Shown one piece after another: positions 1-9,611 of a DNA stretch of 41,217 nt. Within the stretch, counting starts at the first letter, position 1, and every line of letters begins with the position of its first letter. The notes beneath the pieces were generated by a model. It saw nothing but the letters and a program-made list of their open reading frames with translations, made no database searches and was not told the origin of the DNA. Origin of the DNA: a virus. Lineage: Duplodnaviria > Caudoviricetes. A program made the position numbers and the translations under genes. The stretch covers positions 1 through 41,217 of the IMG/VR virus record IMGVR_UViG_3300005805_000169; one strand, written 5' to 3'.

Positions 1-1
1 G

Positions 2-325
2 ATGTACACCGCGTACGAGCTGCTGGGCATGGTCAAGGGCGGGAGCATCGACGCAGCCGACGAGCGGCGTCTCAAGGCGCTCGAGGCCCTCGGGGCTGTC
101 GGCCAAGGCATGGGCCAGGACCTGGCGACCAAGAGCCAGATCCGGGACATGCAGCGCATGATCGACATGGCCGCGATCCAGCGCCAGCAGTCCAACGACC
201 AGATGCAGAGGCGCTACCTTGAAGACCAGGCCCTCAATGCGATCCTGTCCGGGCAGCAGGCCAGCCTTGCGGCGCTGGCGCAGCCCAGCCGGCCGAGCAT
301 CGCGGAGATGATGGCGAGGATGTGA
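2..325 (+). CDS. Hypothetical Q/A/M-rich helical protein, possibly an internal virion protein; may be 5'-truncated
   Basis: Typical codon usage; TGATG coupling to the next gene; upstream of a large virion-like gene. Confidence 0.6.
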   Translation: MYTAYELLGMVKGGSIDAADERRLKALEALGAVGQGMGQDLATKSQIRDMQRMIDMAAIQRQQSNDQMQRRYLEDQALNAILSGQQASLAALAQPSRPSIAEMMARM

Positions 326-693
326 TGGTTCAGATCGACGACGTCAAGCACCTCTCGCACGAGATCGTGGAGTCCCACAACTCCCGGGGCTTTGCCCTTG
401 TCAAGCTCACCCCCACTGATCGCAATCCAGTGGGGGTGCTTCTCAACGTGACCAAGGAACCGCTGGTGCGCAAGGGCCGTGAGCTGAAGGCGAAGGTGGA
501 TGTGCGCCGGTTCCTATGGGACCACAGCAAGGGCGCGGCGATGAGGCGCAAGGACCGGACGTTCGTGTGGAGCCGGTACCTGGAGGACAAGGACGTGAGC
601 CTGCTGGGGCTTGCGACCGTGGTGGACAGGAAGGTGGCCGAGAAGATGGCGTCGATTGACGATGTGTACTCCTGGATCGAGGTGTCCCGATGA
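325..693 (+). CDS. Hypothetical protein
   Basis: TGATG and ATGA coupling on both sides; no motif recognised. Confidence 0.65.
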   Translation: MVQIDDVKHLSHEIVESHNSRGFALVKLTPTDRNPVGVLLNVTKEPLVRKGRELKAKVDVRRFLWDHSKGAAMRRKDRTFVWSRYLEDKDVSLLGLATVVDRKVAEKMASIDDVYSWIEVSR

Positions 694-1187
694 GCGCTTT
701 CGCAGGTTCGGCATTCAAGGGCCTTGGTTCCCTGATCGGCAAGGTCAAGGGTCCGGCACGGGCGGTGGGCCTCGACTTCTCGTCGCCGATGACGGCGCTG
801 GGCATCGGGGTTCCGGTGGCCTTGATGGGCGCAGAGCTCGGGAAGGGCGGGGTCAAGGCGGTCAAGGAGGAGTTCACCGGGTTCGACAAGGACTTGAGGG
901 AGCAGGCCCGGCAGATGCGGTACCAGGCGGCCCAGCAGATGAAGGCGCGCCGGCTGCACCAGGCGATGGCGGAGAACATGATGAGGCTGGCGGCCGCGAA
1001 CCCTCAGCTGTACAATCAGCTGATGGCCGGCAGGCCGCTGCCCACGGGTGCGGTCGTGATCGGTGGTGGAAGGCGCACGGACTTCCTGGAGAGCGTGGCG
1101 TACCAGATGGCGACCGGTGGGTTTGGAAACCCCCCCGGATCCCCCGATTCTCCCGATGTGATGCAGGCCCTCGTCGATTCCTACTGA
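690..1187 (+). CDS. Putative internal virion (ejection/pilot-like) protein
   Basis: G/A-rich N-terminus with a hydrophobic stretch (MTALGIGVPVALMG), then a Q/M-rich helical region; function inferred from context. Confidence 0.5.
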   Translation: MSAFAGSAFKGLGSLIGKVKGPARAVGLDFSSPMTALGIGVPVALMGAELGKGGVKAVKEEFTGFDKDLREQARQMRYQAAQQMKARRLHQAMAENMMRLAAANPQLYNQLMAGRPLPTGAVVIGGGRRTDFLESVAYQMATGGFGNPPGSPDSPDVMQALVDSY

Positions 1188-1195
1188 GGTGAACC

Positions 1196-1669
1196 ATGGC
1201 TGGACAGATCCCGCTTGAGACCCGTTACTACCCCAACGACTTCTCGGTGACCGTGATCAACATCGAGACCAACAGCACCGGCACGAGCTGGCCCCTGCTG
1301 TATGCAGATCGCGACATCGTGATCGACTCGATCAACATCTACGTTGCGGACGCGCCGACGAATGCGGAGACCATCAAGGTCATCAAGAACACCGACTTCG
1401 CCACCCCGACGTATGCCGGCACGGGCAACTCGACCGTGGTGGTGGACGAGATCTCGCTGGCGACCGCTGCCGGAGACTACCCGGTGCGCTACATGACCAA
1501 CGAGGCCAACCGCACCGCCACCAGCACCCTTGGCAAGATCGTGAAGATCTCCTTCAAGGACGGCACCAACGTGGTCAACAAGGACAACACCCTGTGGCTG
1601 GCCGGTGGCAGCGCCTTCGGTGGCGTCGTCAACATGAGCGTCCAGGTGCGTTGGCGCAGCCAGCTCTGA
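1196..1669 (+). CDS. Beta-rich putative virion protein (decoration/minor structural)
   Basis: GAGGT RBS, strongly biased codons, T/N/V/I-rich, followed by a terminator. Confidence 0.55.
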   Translation: MAGQIPLETRYYPNDFSVTVINIETNSTGTSWPLLYADRDIVIDSINIYVADAPTNAETIKVIKNTDFATPTYAGTGNSTVVVDEISLATAAGDYPVRYMTNEANRTATSTLGKIVKISFKDGTNVVNKDNTLWLAGGSAFGGVVNMSVQVRWRSQL

Positions 1670-1694
1670 GAAACAGCCATCTTTTCCCCCTGCG

Positions 1695-1728
1695 AAGGGC
1701 CGTCCGTCATGGGCGGCCCTTTGTTCTT
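1695..1728 (+). terminator. Rho-independent terminator
   Basis: AAGGGCCGTCC-gtcat-GGGCGGCCCTT hairpin followed by TGTTCTT. Confidence 0.7.
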
Positions 1729-1744
1729 GGGATACTTTGAGTAG

Positions 1745-4700
1745 ATGAGCCAGGTACCCATGAACCTTCCGTTCGAGAAGTTGGCCAGCTACGACAAGCC
1801 GCAGCTCCTGCTGACCCAGGCGCTCGACAACGAGCTCACGCTGAGAGGCGGGCTGCAGACGCTGGTGGACGTGGACGGGTTGAGCCCGAAGGAGCGGGAC
1901 CTGTTCACCACCAGGCTGAAGGAGCGGATCGGCAGGAACTCGGTGACTGACGCGGCCGTCGACGTGCTCACGAATCCGTTCGTGATCATGATGATGGTGA
2001 CGAGCCCGGCTGCAGGCACGGCGCTGAGCAGGACGGGCAAGGCGATCTTCGACGTGGCCGAGAGGTACAGCCCGTTCGTGAAGGAGCAGGGCGGGCTGCT
2101 GGCTTCGCTCGGATTGCTGAGCCCGACGCAGCTGTTCAAGGGTACGGCGCTGACGCCGGCGATGGAGGCGTTCACCAAGGGCGTCGACCAGATGGAGAAG
2201 GAGATGATGGCCAGGGTGGCCGAGCCGCTGCGGAAGACGCTGGAGCGGCACGGACTGGAGTCGCTGAACCCGGACAGGGTGGCGGATCCGGTGAAGAAGC
2301 AGCTGGCTCAGAAGCTGAACGACGCGCTCGATGCGTCCCTGCGGGGCCTCGACCGGGAGGTCACGGACAAGGTGATCCGCACGCGGAAGATGATCGGCAC
2401 CGAGAAGTACGACCGCAAGAAGCACACGAAGAAGGAGTGGAAGGCGAAGGGCCGCATCGAGATCGAGGTGGTGGACCGGGTGTCGAAGAAGCTGGTGTCC
2501 TCCGACATGGACCAGGTGATCGACAAGCTCGGGCTGCGCGAGCTGAGGGATGCGTTCAAGGCGGCGACCGACGAGCGGCGGATGCGGATGTTCGGGGACG
2601 AGGCGGCGAGCAAGGCCGCCGGCAAGTTCGTCGCGGACGAGAAGAAGCTGCTGCGGATGTGGGAGGGGACACGCATGGGCATGCGGGACTCGAGCGCGTT
2701 CAAGGGGACGACGAAGGAGCTGGCGTCCCTGGCGGTCGGCCCGGACCTGGCGGGCCTGGTGGCGAGCGGGCGGGTGGACCAGGGCCAGTTCACGGCTGCG
2801 CTGAAGAAGATGATCGAGGGGCAGCCGGACTACTACATGCCCAGGAACCTGATGGACCTGAAGGGCACGACGAACATGCAGCAGATCCTGGAGCAACGGC
2901 GCAGCAGCAGCGTCGTGGCCACGGGCTCTTCGCTGGCGAGGACCAGCGCCACGGGTTCGTTCGATCCGGACGACCTGGGCCGGCTGTTCAAGCAGTTCGG
3001 CGCTACCGCCGCCGGGGTGAAGGCGCAGCTTGCGTCGCAGAAGAAGATCCAGGCGCTGGCGGCCAAGGGCAAGGCGGCCCGGGTCTACAAGCTGAACGCG
3101 CAGGAGTCGCTGAGCCGGTACTTCCGGGACACCGGGGTCACGCACTCGCTGTACGTGCAGACCCTTGACGACCTGCCGAGACTGGCACAGCGGGTGAAGG
3201 ACACGAGGGGCGCCGCCCTGCCGGCGAAGGTGAAGGTGCTGACGGACGCCGAGGCCCGCAGGAGCCCGCTGCTCGGCAAGAGCAAGAGCCTCGCGAGCGT
3301 GCTGCAGGAGGAGCACTTCCTGCTGGAGGACAGGTTCGCCAAGGAGGCGCTGGAGGTCCTCGTCCGTGGAGCAGTGGGGGTGCAGAAGATGGAGCACGTG
3401 GCCACGCACATGGCTCTGATTCGTGGCAAGCAGGGGCTGAAGTGGCTGATGGGCTCGCCGGTGGGCAAGGCGATGAAGGCGTCGGGCAAGTGGGGGCAGG
3501 ATCTGCACAAGCGGTTCACGGAGATCGCGGACGCCGAGCTCGGGTTCGGAGAGGCCAAGAGCATCAGCGGCACGCTGGCCAAGTACTTCTACGTGACGCA
3601 CCTCGGCCTGAACCTGAGCAGCGTGACGATGAACCTGATGCAGCCGCTCCTGTACGCGAGCGTGTACGGCGGCCTCGGCAACGTGCTCAAGGCGTACGGG
3701 TCTGCGTTCAAGGAGCTGGGTGCGTATACGTCCGACCGTCTCGAGCGGTACGGGATCCGGTCGCTCACGGACGAGCAGCACCGGGAGCTGATCGAGAAGC
3801 ACTTCAAGTTCGCGAACATGGATGGGGAGAACCTGATCCAGATCGGGCGCGACACCTTCTCGACGATGGACAGCATCTCGTACAAGACGCAGAGCCTGCA
3901 TGACGTGAGCCGCAAGGAGAGCTACTTCTTCGACTACCCGATGAAGTTGTTCGAGAAGGCGGAGTGGCTGAACCGCAGCGTGGCCGCGCACTCGGTGGAG
4001 AACCTGTACCTGTCGAAGGGCATCGACTTCAGGAAGGGGACGCCCGGGTTCCAGCGGTTCGTCACGGACGTGGGCGAGACGGTGAACGCCACGCAGTTCG
4101 GAGGCAGCTCGCTCAACACGCCGATGATGTTCCAGGGGACGGGGCCGTTCGGCAGGATCGGAAACAACCCGTTGTTCCGCCAGTTCCTCAGCTTCCCGCT
4201 ACGGTCGGTCACGACGCTGGCGTACGACTCGCCGAGGATGGCCGACCGTGGACTGCTCAAGGGCGTGGGCCAGGACTTCATCCGGGGCATGGGCATCAGC
4301 GCCATCTTCTACGAGGTGGGGAAGAACACCTTCGGCGCCGACCTGAGCCCGGGATTGTTCGGGGCCAGCCTCACCCAGCTGGCTGGAGGCGACCGGTTCT
4401 TCCAGGCCGGCAACGAGTACATCCCGATTCCTCCGGTAGTGGACATCCCGGTCAACATCGTGCGCGGTGCGCTTGACCCCGGGCAGCGGCAGCTCCTGCA
4501 GGACAACCTGCCCCGCCTGGTGCCGGGCGGCATTGCGGCTTACCGGGCCATGGGCCTGCTGCCGAACCTGATGGAGGGCCCGCTGTTCGGGCTGCCCGGC
4601 GCCCTGCAGAAGACGTACGTGGACCCGAAGCAGCAGACCGAGGACGGCCGGCTCGCCGTGTACAAGGGCGACGGCACGCTTATCGACTACCAGAGCAAGG

Positions 4701-5173
4701 GCCAGCTGTTCGCCAAGTTCTTGGGCGTCGACATGGGGACGTTCCGGGAGAGCGCCGACTTCGATGGGTTCCTGTTGAAGAACAGGGAGCAGATCGTCGA
4801 GTACAGGCGCAAGGCGATACAGGCCCTGCTGAACAACGAGATCCCCAAGATGCAGGGGATCCGGGCAGAGTTCAAGAGGCGCTACGGCATCGAGCTCACG
4901 ATCAGCAAGGACCAGCTGGACGAGGCCATGAAGAACCGGCTGGTGCCCAGGACGGAGCGCATCCTCGACCGGATGCCACCTGAGCTCCGGCCGCAGTACC
5001 AGCAGCTGGTGGCGTCCAGGGCCCCGCAGCTTGGCGTGGAGGCCGAGGCGATCACTGGGGCGGATACGGCCCGCCAGCGCATGCAGGCCCGCCAGATCAA
5101 TTCCCTGCCGCTCAACGAGGAGCAGCGGGCGGCGGTGCAGCAGCCCGGGTTCACCGGCTTCGAGAGCTTTTAG
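1745..5173 (+). CDS. Large (1142 aa) putative internal virion/DNA-ejection protein
   Basis: Long helical protein; segments LGLNLSSVTMNLMQP, FEKAEWLNR and VNATQF..PLFRQFLSFP resemble C-terminal regions of podovirus internal virion/large polyvalent proteins. Confidence 0.6.
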   Translation: MSQVPMNLPFEKLASYDKPQLLLTQALDNELTLRGGLQTLVDVDGLSPKERDLFTTRLKERIGRNSVTDAAVDVLTNPFVIMMMVTSPAAGTALSRTGKAIFDVAERYSPFVKEQGGLLASLGLLSPTQLFKGTALTPAMEAFTKGVDQMEKEMMARVAEPLRKTLERHGLESLNPDRVADPVKKQLAQKLNDALDASLRGLDREVTDKVIRTRKMIGTEKYDRKKHTKKEWKAKGRIEIEVVDRVSKKLVSSDMDQVIDKLGLRELRDAFKAATDERRMRMFGDEAASKAAGKFVADEKKLLRMWEGTRMGMRDSSAFKGTTKELASLAVGPDLAGLVASGRVDQGQFTAALKKMIEGQPDYYMPRNLMDLKGTTNMQQILEQRRSSSVVATGSSLARTSATGSFDPDDLGRLFKQFGATAAGVKAQLASQKKIQALAAKGKAARVYKLNAQESLSRYFRDTGVTHSLYVQTLDDLPRLAQRVKDTRGAALPAKVKVLTDAEARRSPLLGKSKSLASVLQEEHFLLEDRFAKEALEVLVRGAVGVQKMEHVATHMALIRGKQGLKWLMGSPVGKAMKASGKWGQDLHKRFTEIADAELGFGEAKSISGTLAKYFYVTHLGLNLSSVTMNLMQPLLYASVYGGLGNVLKAYGSAFKELGAYTSDRLERYGIRSLTDEQHRELIEKHFKFANMDGENLIQIGRDTFSTMDSISYKTQSLHDVSRKESYFFDYPMKLFEKAEWLNRSVAAHSVENLYLSKGIDFRKGTPGFQRFVTDVGETVNATQFGGSSLNTPMMFQGTGPFGRIGNNPLFRQFLSFPLRSVTTLAYDSPRMADRGLLKGVGQDFIRGMGISAIFYEVGKNTFGADLSPGLFGASLTQLAGGDRFFQAGNEYIPIPPVVDIPVNIVRGALDPGQRQLLQDNLPRLVPGGIAAYRAMGLLPNLMEGPLFGLPGALQKTYVDPKQQTEDGRLAVYKGDGTLIDYQSKGQLFAKFLGVDMGTFRESADFDGFLLKNREQIVEYRRKAIQALLNNEIPKMQGIRAEFKRRYGIELTISKDQLDEAMKNRLVPRTERILDRMPPELRPQYQQLVASRAPQLGVEAEAITGADTARQRMQARQINSLPLNEEQRAAVQQPGFTGFESF

Positions 5174-5706
5174 ATTGCGGTCCAGAACTGAAAGCAGCCC
5201 TGGTCCCTGAAGAAACGGACTGCGCCGTAGGCGTACCTGGGAAGCAGGCGGACCAGGATCCTGGAGTCGGGCTCACGATCCAGGACCCTGGCCGCCATGT
5301 TCCCGAGGGTCGCCCTGGTGATATCGATGAAACCCATGTACGCCACCCCAGTCGAGGCGAACGTCAGGATTCCCTTGCACTGATCCCCGTCCACGCGAGT
5401 GACCGGGGATTCGCCGGCGAACGGATCCTTCGGAGTGGATCCTCCCGGCACAGTGACCATCGTAACCAACCAGTTCCTGTCACCCTGGTATCCCAGGATG
5501 TGGGGCGTACCCCGTAACGGGAGGGTGAAGCACTCGGTCTTGCCTGGGGGCAGGGGTGCTGTTACTCCCAGACCTTTGAAACCTGAATGCCTCACCCTCA
5601 GCGGCACGGGGAGCGACCAGCTCCGTGGGTTGCCGACCTGGTCGGCCATCCTTGTGTTGATTCGCATCTCCTCGTAGGTAGCCGGGGGCTCGTAGGACCG
5701 ATCCAT
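5170..5706 (-). CDS. Hypothetical protein with atypical codon usage
   Basis: Fills the gap at the end of the minus-strand operon; stop codon overlaps the convergent gene's stop. Confidence 0.5.
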   Translation of the reverse strand: MDRSYEPPATYEEMRINTRMADQVGNPRSWSLPVPLRVRHSGFKGLGVTAPLPPGKTECFTLPLRGTPHILGYQGDRNWLVTMVTVPGGSTPKDPFAGESPVTRVDGDQCKGILTFASTGVAYMGFIDITRATLGNMAARVLDREPDSRILVRLLPRYAYGAVRFFRDQGCFQFWTAI

Positions 5707-5795
5707 CGCAACGCTTTCAAGCGGAGACAGTCACACTTGTCCGATAAGGAGGGCGCTGTATGCACCCCCGGCTACTACTTGAGGAGTACTGTGAG

Positions 5796-5827
5796 GAGGG
5801 GGTGGAGCTTGTGGGCCCCACCCCCTC
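5796..5827. terminator. Intergenic hairpin downstream of the SSB-like gene
   Basis: GAGGGGGTGG...CCACCCCCTC 10-bp stem; no clear U-tract. Confidence 0.4.
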
Positions 5828-5845
5828 GATCAGTGGGGGTGCTTG

Positions 5846-6409
5846 TCAGGCGGACAGGAGCTTCTGGAGGAACTCGGTCTTGTAGACCTTGCTCGCCGAG
5901 TTGCCCTTGCCCTTGCGGTACTGGGCGCGGACGGTGCACACGACCTGCTTGTCGGAGCCGAGCAGGTTGCTGACCTTCTCGATCGCATCCGCGATGTCGA
6001 GACCATCAGCCGTTCCGACCTTGGTTCCAAGGATCGTGGACAGGTGGCCGCAGAAACGGTTGCGCTCGATCTGCAGGCCGGTGCGCCGGCCGTCTGCGGT
6101 GACGGCTCCGGCGTTCTCCGGGAAGGTGAAGGGAGCGCCACCCCAGACGAGCGGGTTGTCCGGGTTGGTCTCGTCGTTCAGGAGCTGGTAGCGGAAGCGG
6201 AACTCGGTGGCGGCGAGCTCCATCTGCTGGCCCTGGTCGGTGTTGAAGCGGTACGTGGCCTTGTCGTTGATGGCGAGCTCGAGCACGTAGCAGTCGTGCT
6301 CTCCCTCCGCCGGCCACTCGCCGAGACCACCGACGCCGGTGTCCGGGTTTGCGTCACCGAAGGCGGACTTCTGGGCTGCGAACATTGCGCTGATCTTGCT
6401 GTTTGCCAT
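5846..6409 (-). CDS. Putative single-stranded DNA-binding protein (DUF669-like)
   Basis: AGGAG RBS; EWPAEGEHDCYV resembles DUF669/SSB N-termini; directly after a Sak4-like ATPase, the usual position. Confidence 0.55.
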   Translation of the reverse strand: MANSKISAMFAAQKSAFGDANPDTGVGGLGEWPAEGEHDCYVLELAINDKATYRFNTDQGQQMELAATEFRFRYQLLNDETNPDNPLVWGGAPFTFPENAGAVTADGRRTGLQIERNRFCGHLSTILGTKVGTADGLDIADAIEKVSNLLGSDKQVVCTVRAQYRKGKGNSASKVYKTEFLQKLLSA

Positions 6410-6440
6410 GACTCTGACACTCCTGAATGTTGGGCCAGCG

Positions 6441-7337
6441 TTACGCGCTGGCACTGTTGTGGTACTTGGAGACGAACTCGGCCCAGCCCCCGTTCTCGGG
6501 GAGCTCGAACTCGGCCTGCATCTTGACGCGGTGCTTGGTGATCCCGGACAGGGACTCCGAGTCTACGGAGAAGATGTGGCGCTTGCGCTTCTCGGTGACG
6601 ACCTTGGGCTTGAGGACCACGGTCTTGCCGTCCTTGACGATGGGCGGCTGCTGGATCTCCCGCTGCTCGGTGACCCACTCCGAGGAGATCGCGGCCACCA
6701 TCTCGAACAGCGGGTAGAGCCGCTTGTAGAAACCGTCGGTGATCGTGAGCTCCGGCTTGAAGACGTAGCGGTCGTCGCCCAGCGGGATCTTGGCGTTGAC
6801 CACGTGGCACACGATGTAGACGCCGTAGCCGTAGCGCCGGAGGTTGAGGCAGGTGTCGATCACCATGTCGTAGAGCTGGTCCCACGACCGGCGTCCGTCC
6901 ATCTCGCGCCAGTCCTTCTTGTCGTTCGAGCGGGTGATCCAGTCCTTGAGGAGCGGGATCCACGTACCGAGCGAGTCGAAGAACACGGTGGCCGGACGGG
7001 GCTGGTTCGTCTTTGCCAGATTGTACAGGATGTCAAGCTTCGTGGACACGGCCTCCCACGTGAGCACGAGCGGCTCGTTGTTCACGTCGATGGGCTGGCC
7101 CTGTCCGTTGATGCCCGGCCACACGCACGCCTGGGGGTCGCCCAGCGTGGACGTGCAGTCCATGTTGCAGATCCACGAGTCCGGGTGGCTCTGGATGAAC
7201 TGGGACTTGCCCTCGCCGGGCAGTCCGCAGATCAGGCCGAAGAGCTTCTCCGGCGGGTGGACCATCTTGACGCCTTGGAATCCAAGGCCCGAGTACCGCT
7301 GCTGCGGTAGCTTTCCTGCTGCTGTAGTGACTGTCAT
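6441..7337 (-). CDS. AAA_24 / Sak4-like ATPase (recombinase)
   Basis: Walker A GLPGEGKS, Walker B VFFDSLG, YIVCH; flanked by nuclease and SSB-like genes. Confidence 0.75.
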   Translation of the reverse strand: MTVTTAAGKLPQQRYSGLGFQGVKMVHPPEKLFGLICGLPGEGKSQFIQSHPDSWICNMDCTSTLGDPQACVWPGINGQGQPIDVNNEPLVLTWEAVSTKLDILYNLAKTNQPRPATVFFDSLGTWIPLLKDWITRSNDKKDWREMDGRRSWDQLYDMVIDTCLNLRRYGYGVYIVCHVVNAKIPLGDDRYVFKPELTITDGFYKRLYPLFEMVAAISSEWVTEQREIQQPPIVKDGKTVVLKPKVVTEKRKRHIFSVDSESLSGITKHRVKMQAEFELPENGGWAEFVSKYHNSASA

Positions 7338-7340
7338 CTC

Positions 7341-7679
7341 TTACTCCTGGAAGCCCGGCATCTGCACGTTGCTAAAGACAGACGTGGGTGACGGGTAGTT
7401 GAACGGAAGCGGTGGCTGCCGGTGCAGCGTCTCGTACTCCTCGCGCACGCGCGGCGCCGGCTCGGGCGCGCGCTGAGGCTGGGGCCGGGCGATCTGCACC
7501 GTCCTGGTGACCCGGTACCCGAGGGCCTTGAGCCACTCGGTGATCCTCGACTTCGAGACCTTGCACGAGTGGGCCTCGTTGAACCGGTCGGCCAGCTCCT
7601 TGATGGAGCCGACGCCGTCCTCGAGGACCATGTCGACGCGCGGCTTGATGACGAGGCGGATGTAGTCCTCCTCGAACAT
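7341..7679 (-). CDS. Winged-HTH-like DNA-binding protein
   Basis: SIKELADRFNEAHSCKVSKSRITEWLKALGY HTH pattern; TGATG coupling. Confidence 0.6.
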   Translation of the reverse strand: MFEEDYIRLVIKPRVDMVLEDGVGSIKELADRFNEAHSCKVSKSRITEWLKALGYRVTRTVQIARPQPQRAPEPAPRVREEYETLHRQPPLPFNYPSPTSVFSNVQMPGFQE

Positions 7680-9103
7680 CACGTGAGGGGCTCGGGCTGC
7701 AGGCTTTCGATCATCCCGTCGAACTCGTGCGGCTCCGGATCCACGGGCAGCTCGCCCGCGTCTCGATGCGCGACGAGGAACTGCTGCGTCTGGACCAGGG
7801 CCGGCCAGTCCTTCGGCTCCGTCAGGTAGAACGGACTGTAGTTCGCCAGCCTCGACCCCATCCGGATCGCGTCGATGTTCTTCAGGAAGTTGCATGGGTT
7901 CGCCTCAAGTGTTGCCAACTTGTAGATCATGGCAACACGGGAAAGATAGTCCACGCACCAATCCTTGTCAAGCAGCGTGGTGGCGTGAGTGAAAGAAATG
8001 TTCAGCGGAGGATCGTTCTGGAAATCCGGAGCGCGGTCCAGGTATTCCTGCTCGCCACGGTACCAGCGCATGCACCGCTGCATGTACATCGACACCGACG
8101 GCTCGCCCTGGTACACCTTCTCCGGCTTCTTACCGGTGACCTGGTGCAGCACGTGCAGGCACTCGTCCATCGTGCCGCAGCATGGCTCCGGGCTGGGCTG
8201 GTTGCGCGTCCACTTGATGACGTACTCGCCCTGGTCCTGCAGGTTGACGGGCGCCCTCATGATGCGGCCGGCGATGCCGGTGCGCTTGCCGTCAGACTCC
8301 CAGTGGTAGTCGCGGTCGGCCTGCCCGAACTGGATGGACGGCTTGAGCACGGCGACGTGCATCATGCCGCCGAGCTGCACATCCGGTGCCAACTTGTACT
8401 GCTTGTGAAGCAGGCCCCGGGCGAAGAACCACTGGAGCGCATGCATGTAGTGCATGGTCTGGAACTCCTCCTTCACCGTGGCCAGCCGGATCAGTGGGGG
8501 TGACGCGGTCGTCTTCGCGTCCACGATCCACAGCTTGTTGGTCTTGCGGTTGAGGAGAAGCAGGTCGAACTGGGCGACCTGGCGGGTCTTGGGGAACCGG
8601 TCGTCGATCCAGGTGAAGCGAGCCTCGGCGTCGAGCTTGACGTAGTTGTCGGAGAGGACGTCGAGCACGGATTCGCCGTTGACGCACGGCAGGTTCTCGA
8701 ACGCATTGAACCATGCGGTGGCCGAGGCCTGGTCGATGCGCTCGTTCTGCGCGGCGTCCGCCCTGTGGGACTCGGCGATGCGCAGCTCCTTGCAGATGCG
8801 GTTGATCTCGGCGATGCGGGACTCGCACATCCGGCGGAAGATCTGCCACCGATCGTCCCGGTCGTAGAGGGCGAAGAGGATGTGGAAGTAGGATCCCCGG
8901 GACAGCGCCTCCGAGTACGAGAGGGCGGGGATCAGGCCGAGCCGCCGGCGCAGGTAGTAGCCGAACGGATCGGAGAGGGCGGAGCTGTAGTCCGATGAGC
9001 GGATCGACGGGACCCGTGGCACGAGGCCCTCGGACTCGAGGTACTGCCGGGCGCTGCGGCCACGGTCAGTCGGAAGGGGGAGCGGCTGGATCTCTGGGGG
9101 CAT
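7679..9103 (-). CDS. PD-(D/E)XK (RecB/Cas4-like) exonuclease
   Basis: E..QFDLLL..WIVDAKTT..QTMHY; N-terminal SSDYSSALSDPFGYYL..RGSYFH; the canonical Cas4 four-cysteine set is not evident. Confidence 0.75.
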   Translation of the reverse strand: MPPEIQPLPLPTDRGRSARQYLESEGLVPRVPSIRSSDYSSALSDPFGYYLRRRLGLIPALSYSEALSRGSYFHILFALYDRDDRWQIFRRMCESRIAEINRICKELRIAESHRADAAQNERIDQASATAWFNAFENLPCVNGESVLDVLSDNYVKLDAEARFTWIDDRFPKTRQVAQFDLLLLNRKTNKLWIVDAKTTASPPLIRLATVKEEFQTMHYMHALQWFFARGLLHKQYKLAPDVQLGGMMHVAVLKPSIQFGQADRDYHWESDGKRTGIAGRIMRAPVNLQDQGEYVIKWTRNQPSPEPCCGTMDECLHVLHQVTGKKPEKVYQGEPSVSMYMQRCMRWYRGEQEYLDRAPDFQNDPPLNISFTHATTLLDKDWCVDYLSRVAMIYKLATLEANPCNFLKNIDAIRMGSRLANYSPFYLTEPKDWPALVQTQQFLVAHRDAGELPVDPEPHEFDGMIESLQPEPLT

Positions 9104-9602
9104 CTTGTTCCTGTCCTGTTAGCTTGTCCCTGATCTTGACGAGACGGTTGTACACGGACTGCGGGGACTTCAATCCGAGGACCGATGCGATGCGGGTCAT
9201 GGTGTATCCGTCCTGGCGCAGCCTGATGATGGTCCATTCCTCCTCCGTGAACTCGGGGAGGACGAGCTGCTCCAGCGGTACCTCGACCACTATCTCTTCA
9301 CAGAGTGTATCGTCTGTGAAGTGAAGCTTCAAGCGGGGGCCGTCCTCCGTGAAGCGGTATCCGTTCGAGGTCCAGTAGGCGTAGTGCACGGCGCCCCACA
9401 GGAACCCCTTCAGGAACGTGACGACCGTGGACTTGGACGGGTCGTACACGGTGGCGAGCAGGCGGTCGGCCTGGATGTAGGCCTCGGCCAGGATCTCCTC
9501 CTTCTCCCAGAGCGGAAAGCGCTTCTTGCGATGCGAGTCGTAGGCCCACATCGTGAGGAACCCTATGTGATTCCGGGCGTCCCTGCTCCGGTTGAGCTCC
9601 AT
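9066..9602 (-). CDS. Phage-encoded sigma-70/ECF-like factor
   Basis: Region-2-like YDPSKSTVVTFL and region-4 HTH FTEEEWTIIRLRQDGYTMTRIASVLG..SVYNRL. Confidence 0.65.
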   Translation of the reverse strand: MELNRSRDARNHIGFLTMWAYDSHRKKRFPLWEKEEILAEAYIQADRLLATVYDPSKSTVVTFLKGFLWGAVHYAYWTSNGYRFTEDGPRLKLHFTDDTLCEEIVVEVPLEQLVLPEFTEEEWTIIRLRQDGYTMTRIASVLGLKSPQSVYNRLVKIRDKLTGQEQDAPRDPAAPPSD

Positions 9603-9611
9603 CCCATCCCC

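Noticed and set aside
1181-3991. 936-aa minus-strand ORF, and similar long antisense ORFs at 29999-32113, 32254-34167 and 34846-36399
   Set aside because: Antisense shadows of high-GC3 genes: L/V/R/H-rich, no motifs, and the opposite strand carries the recognisable gene
7679-9103. Cas4 / CRISPR association
   Set aside because: No repeat-spacer array or other cas genes; the Sak4 and SSB context indicates recombination
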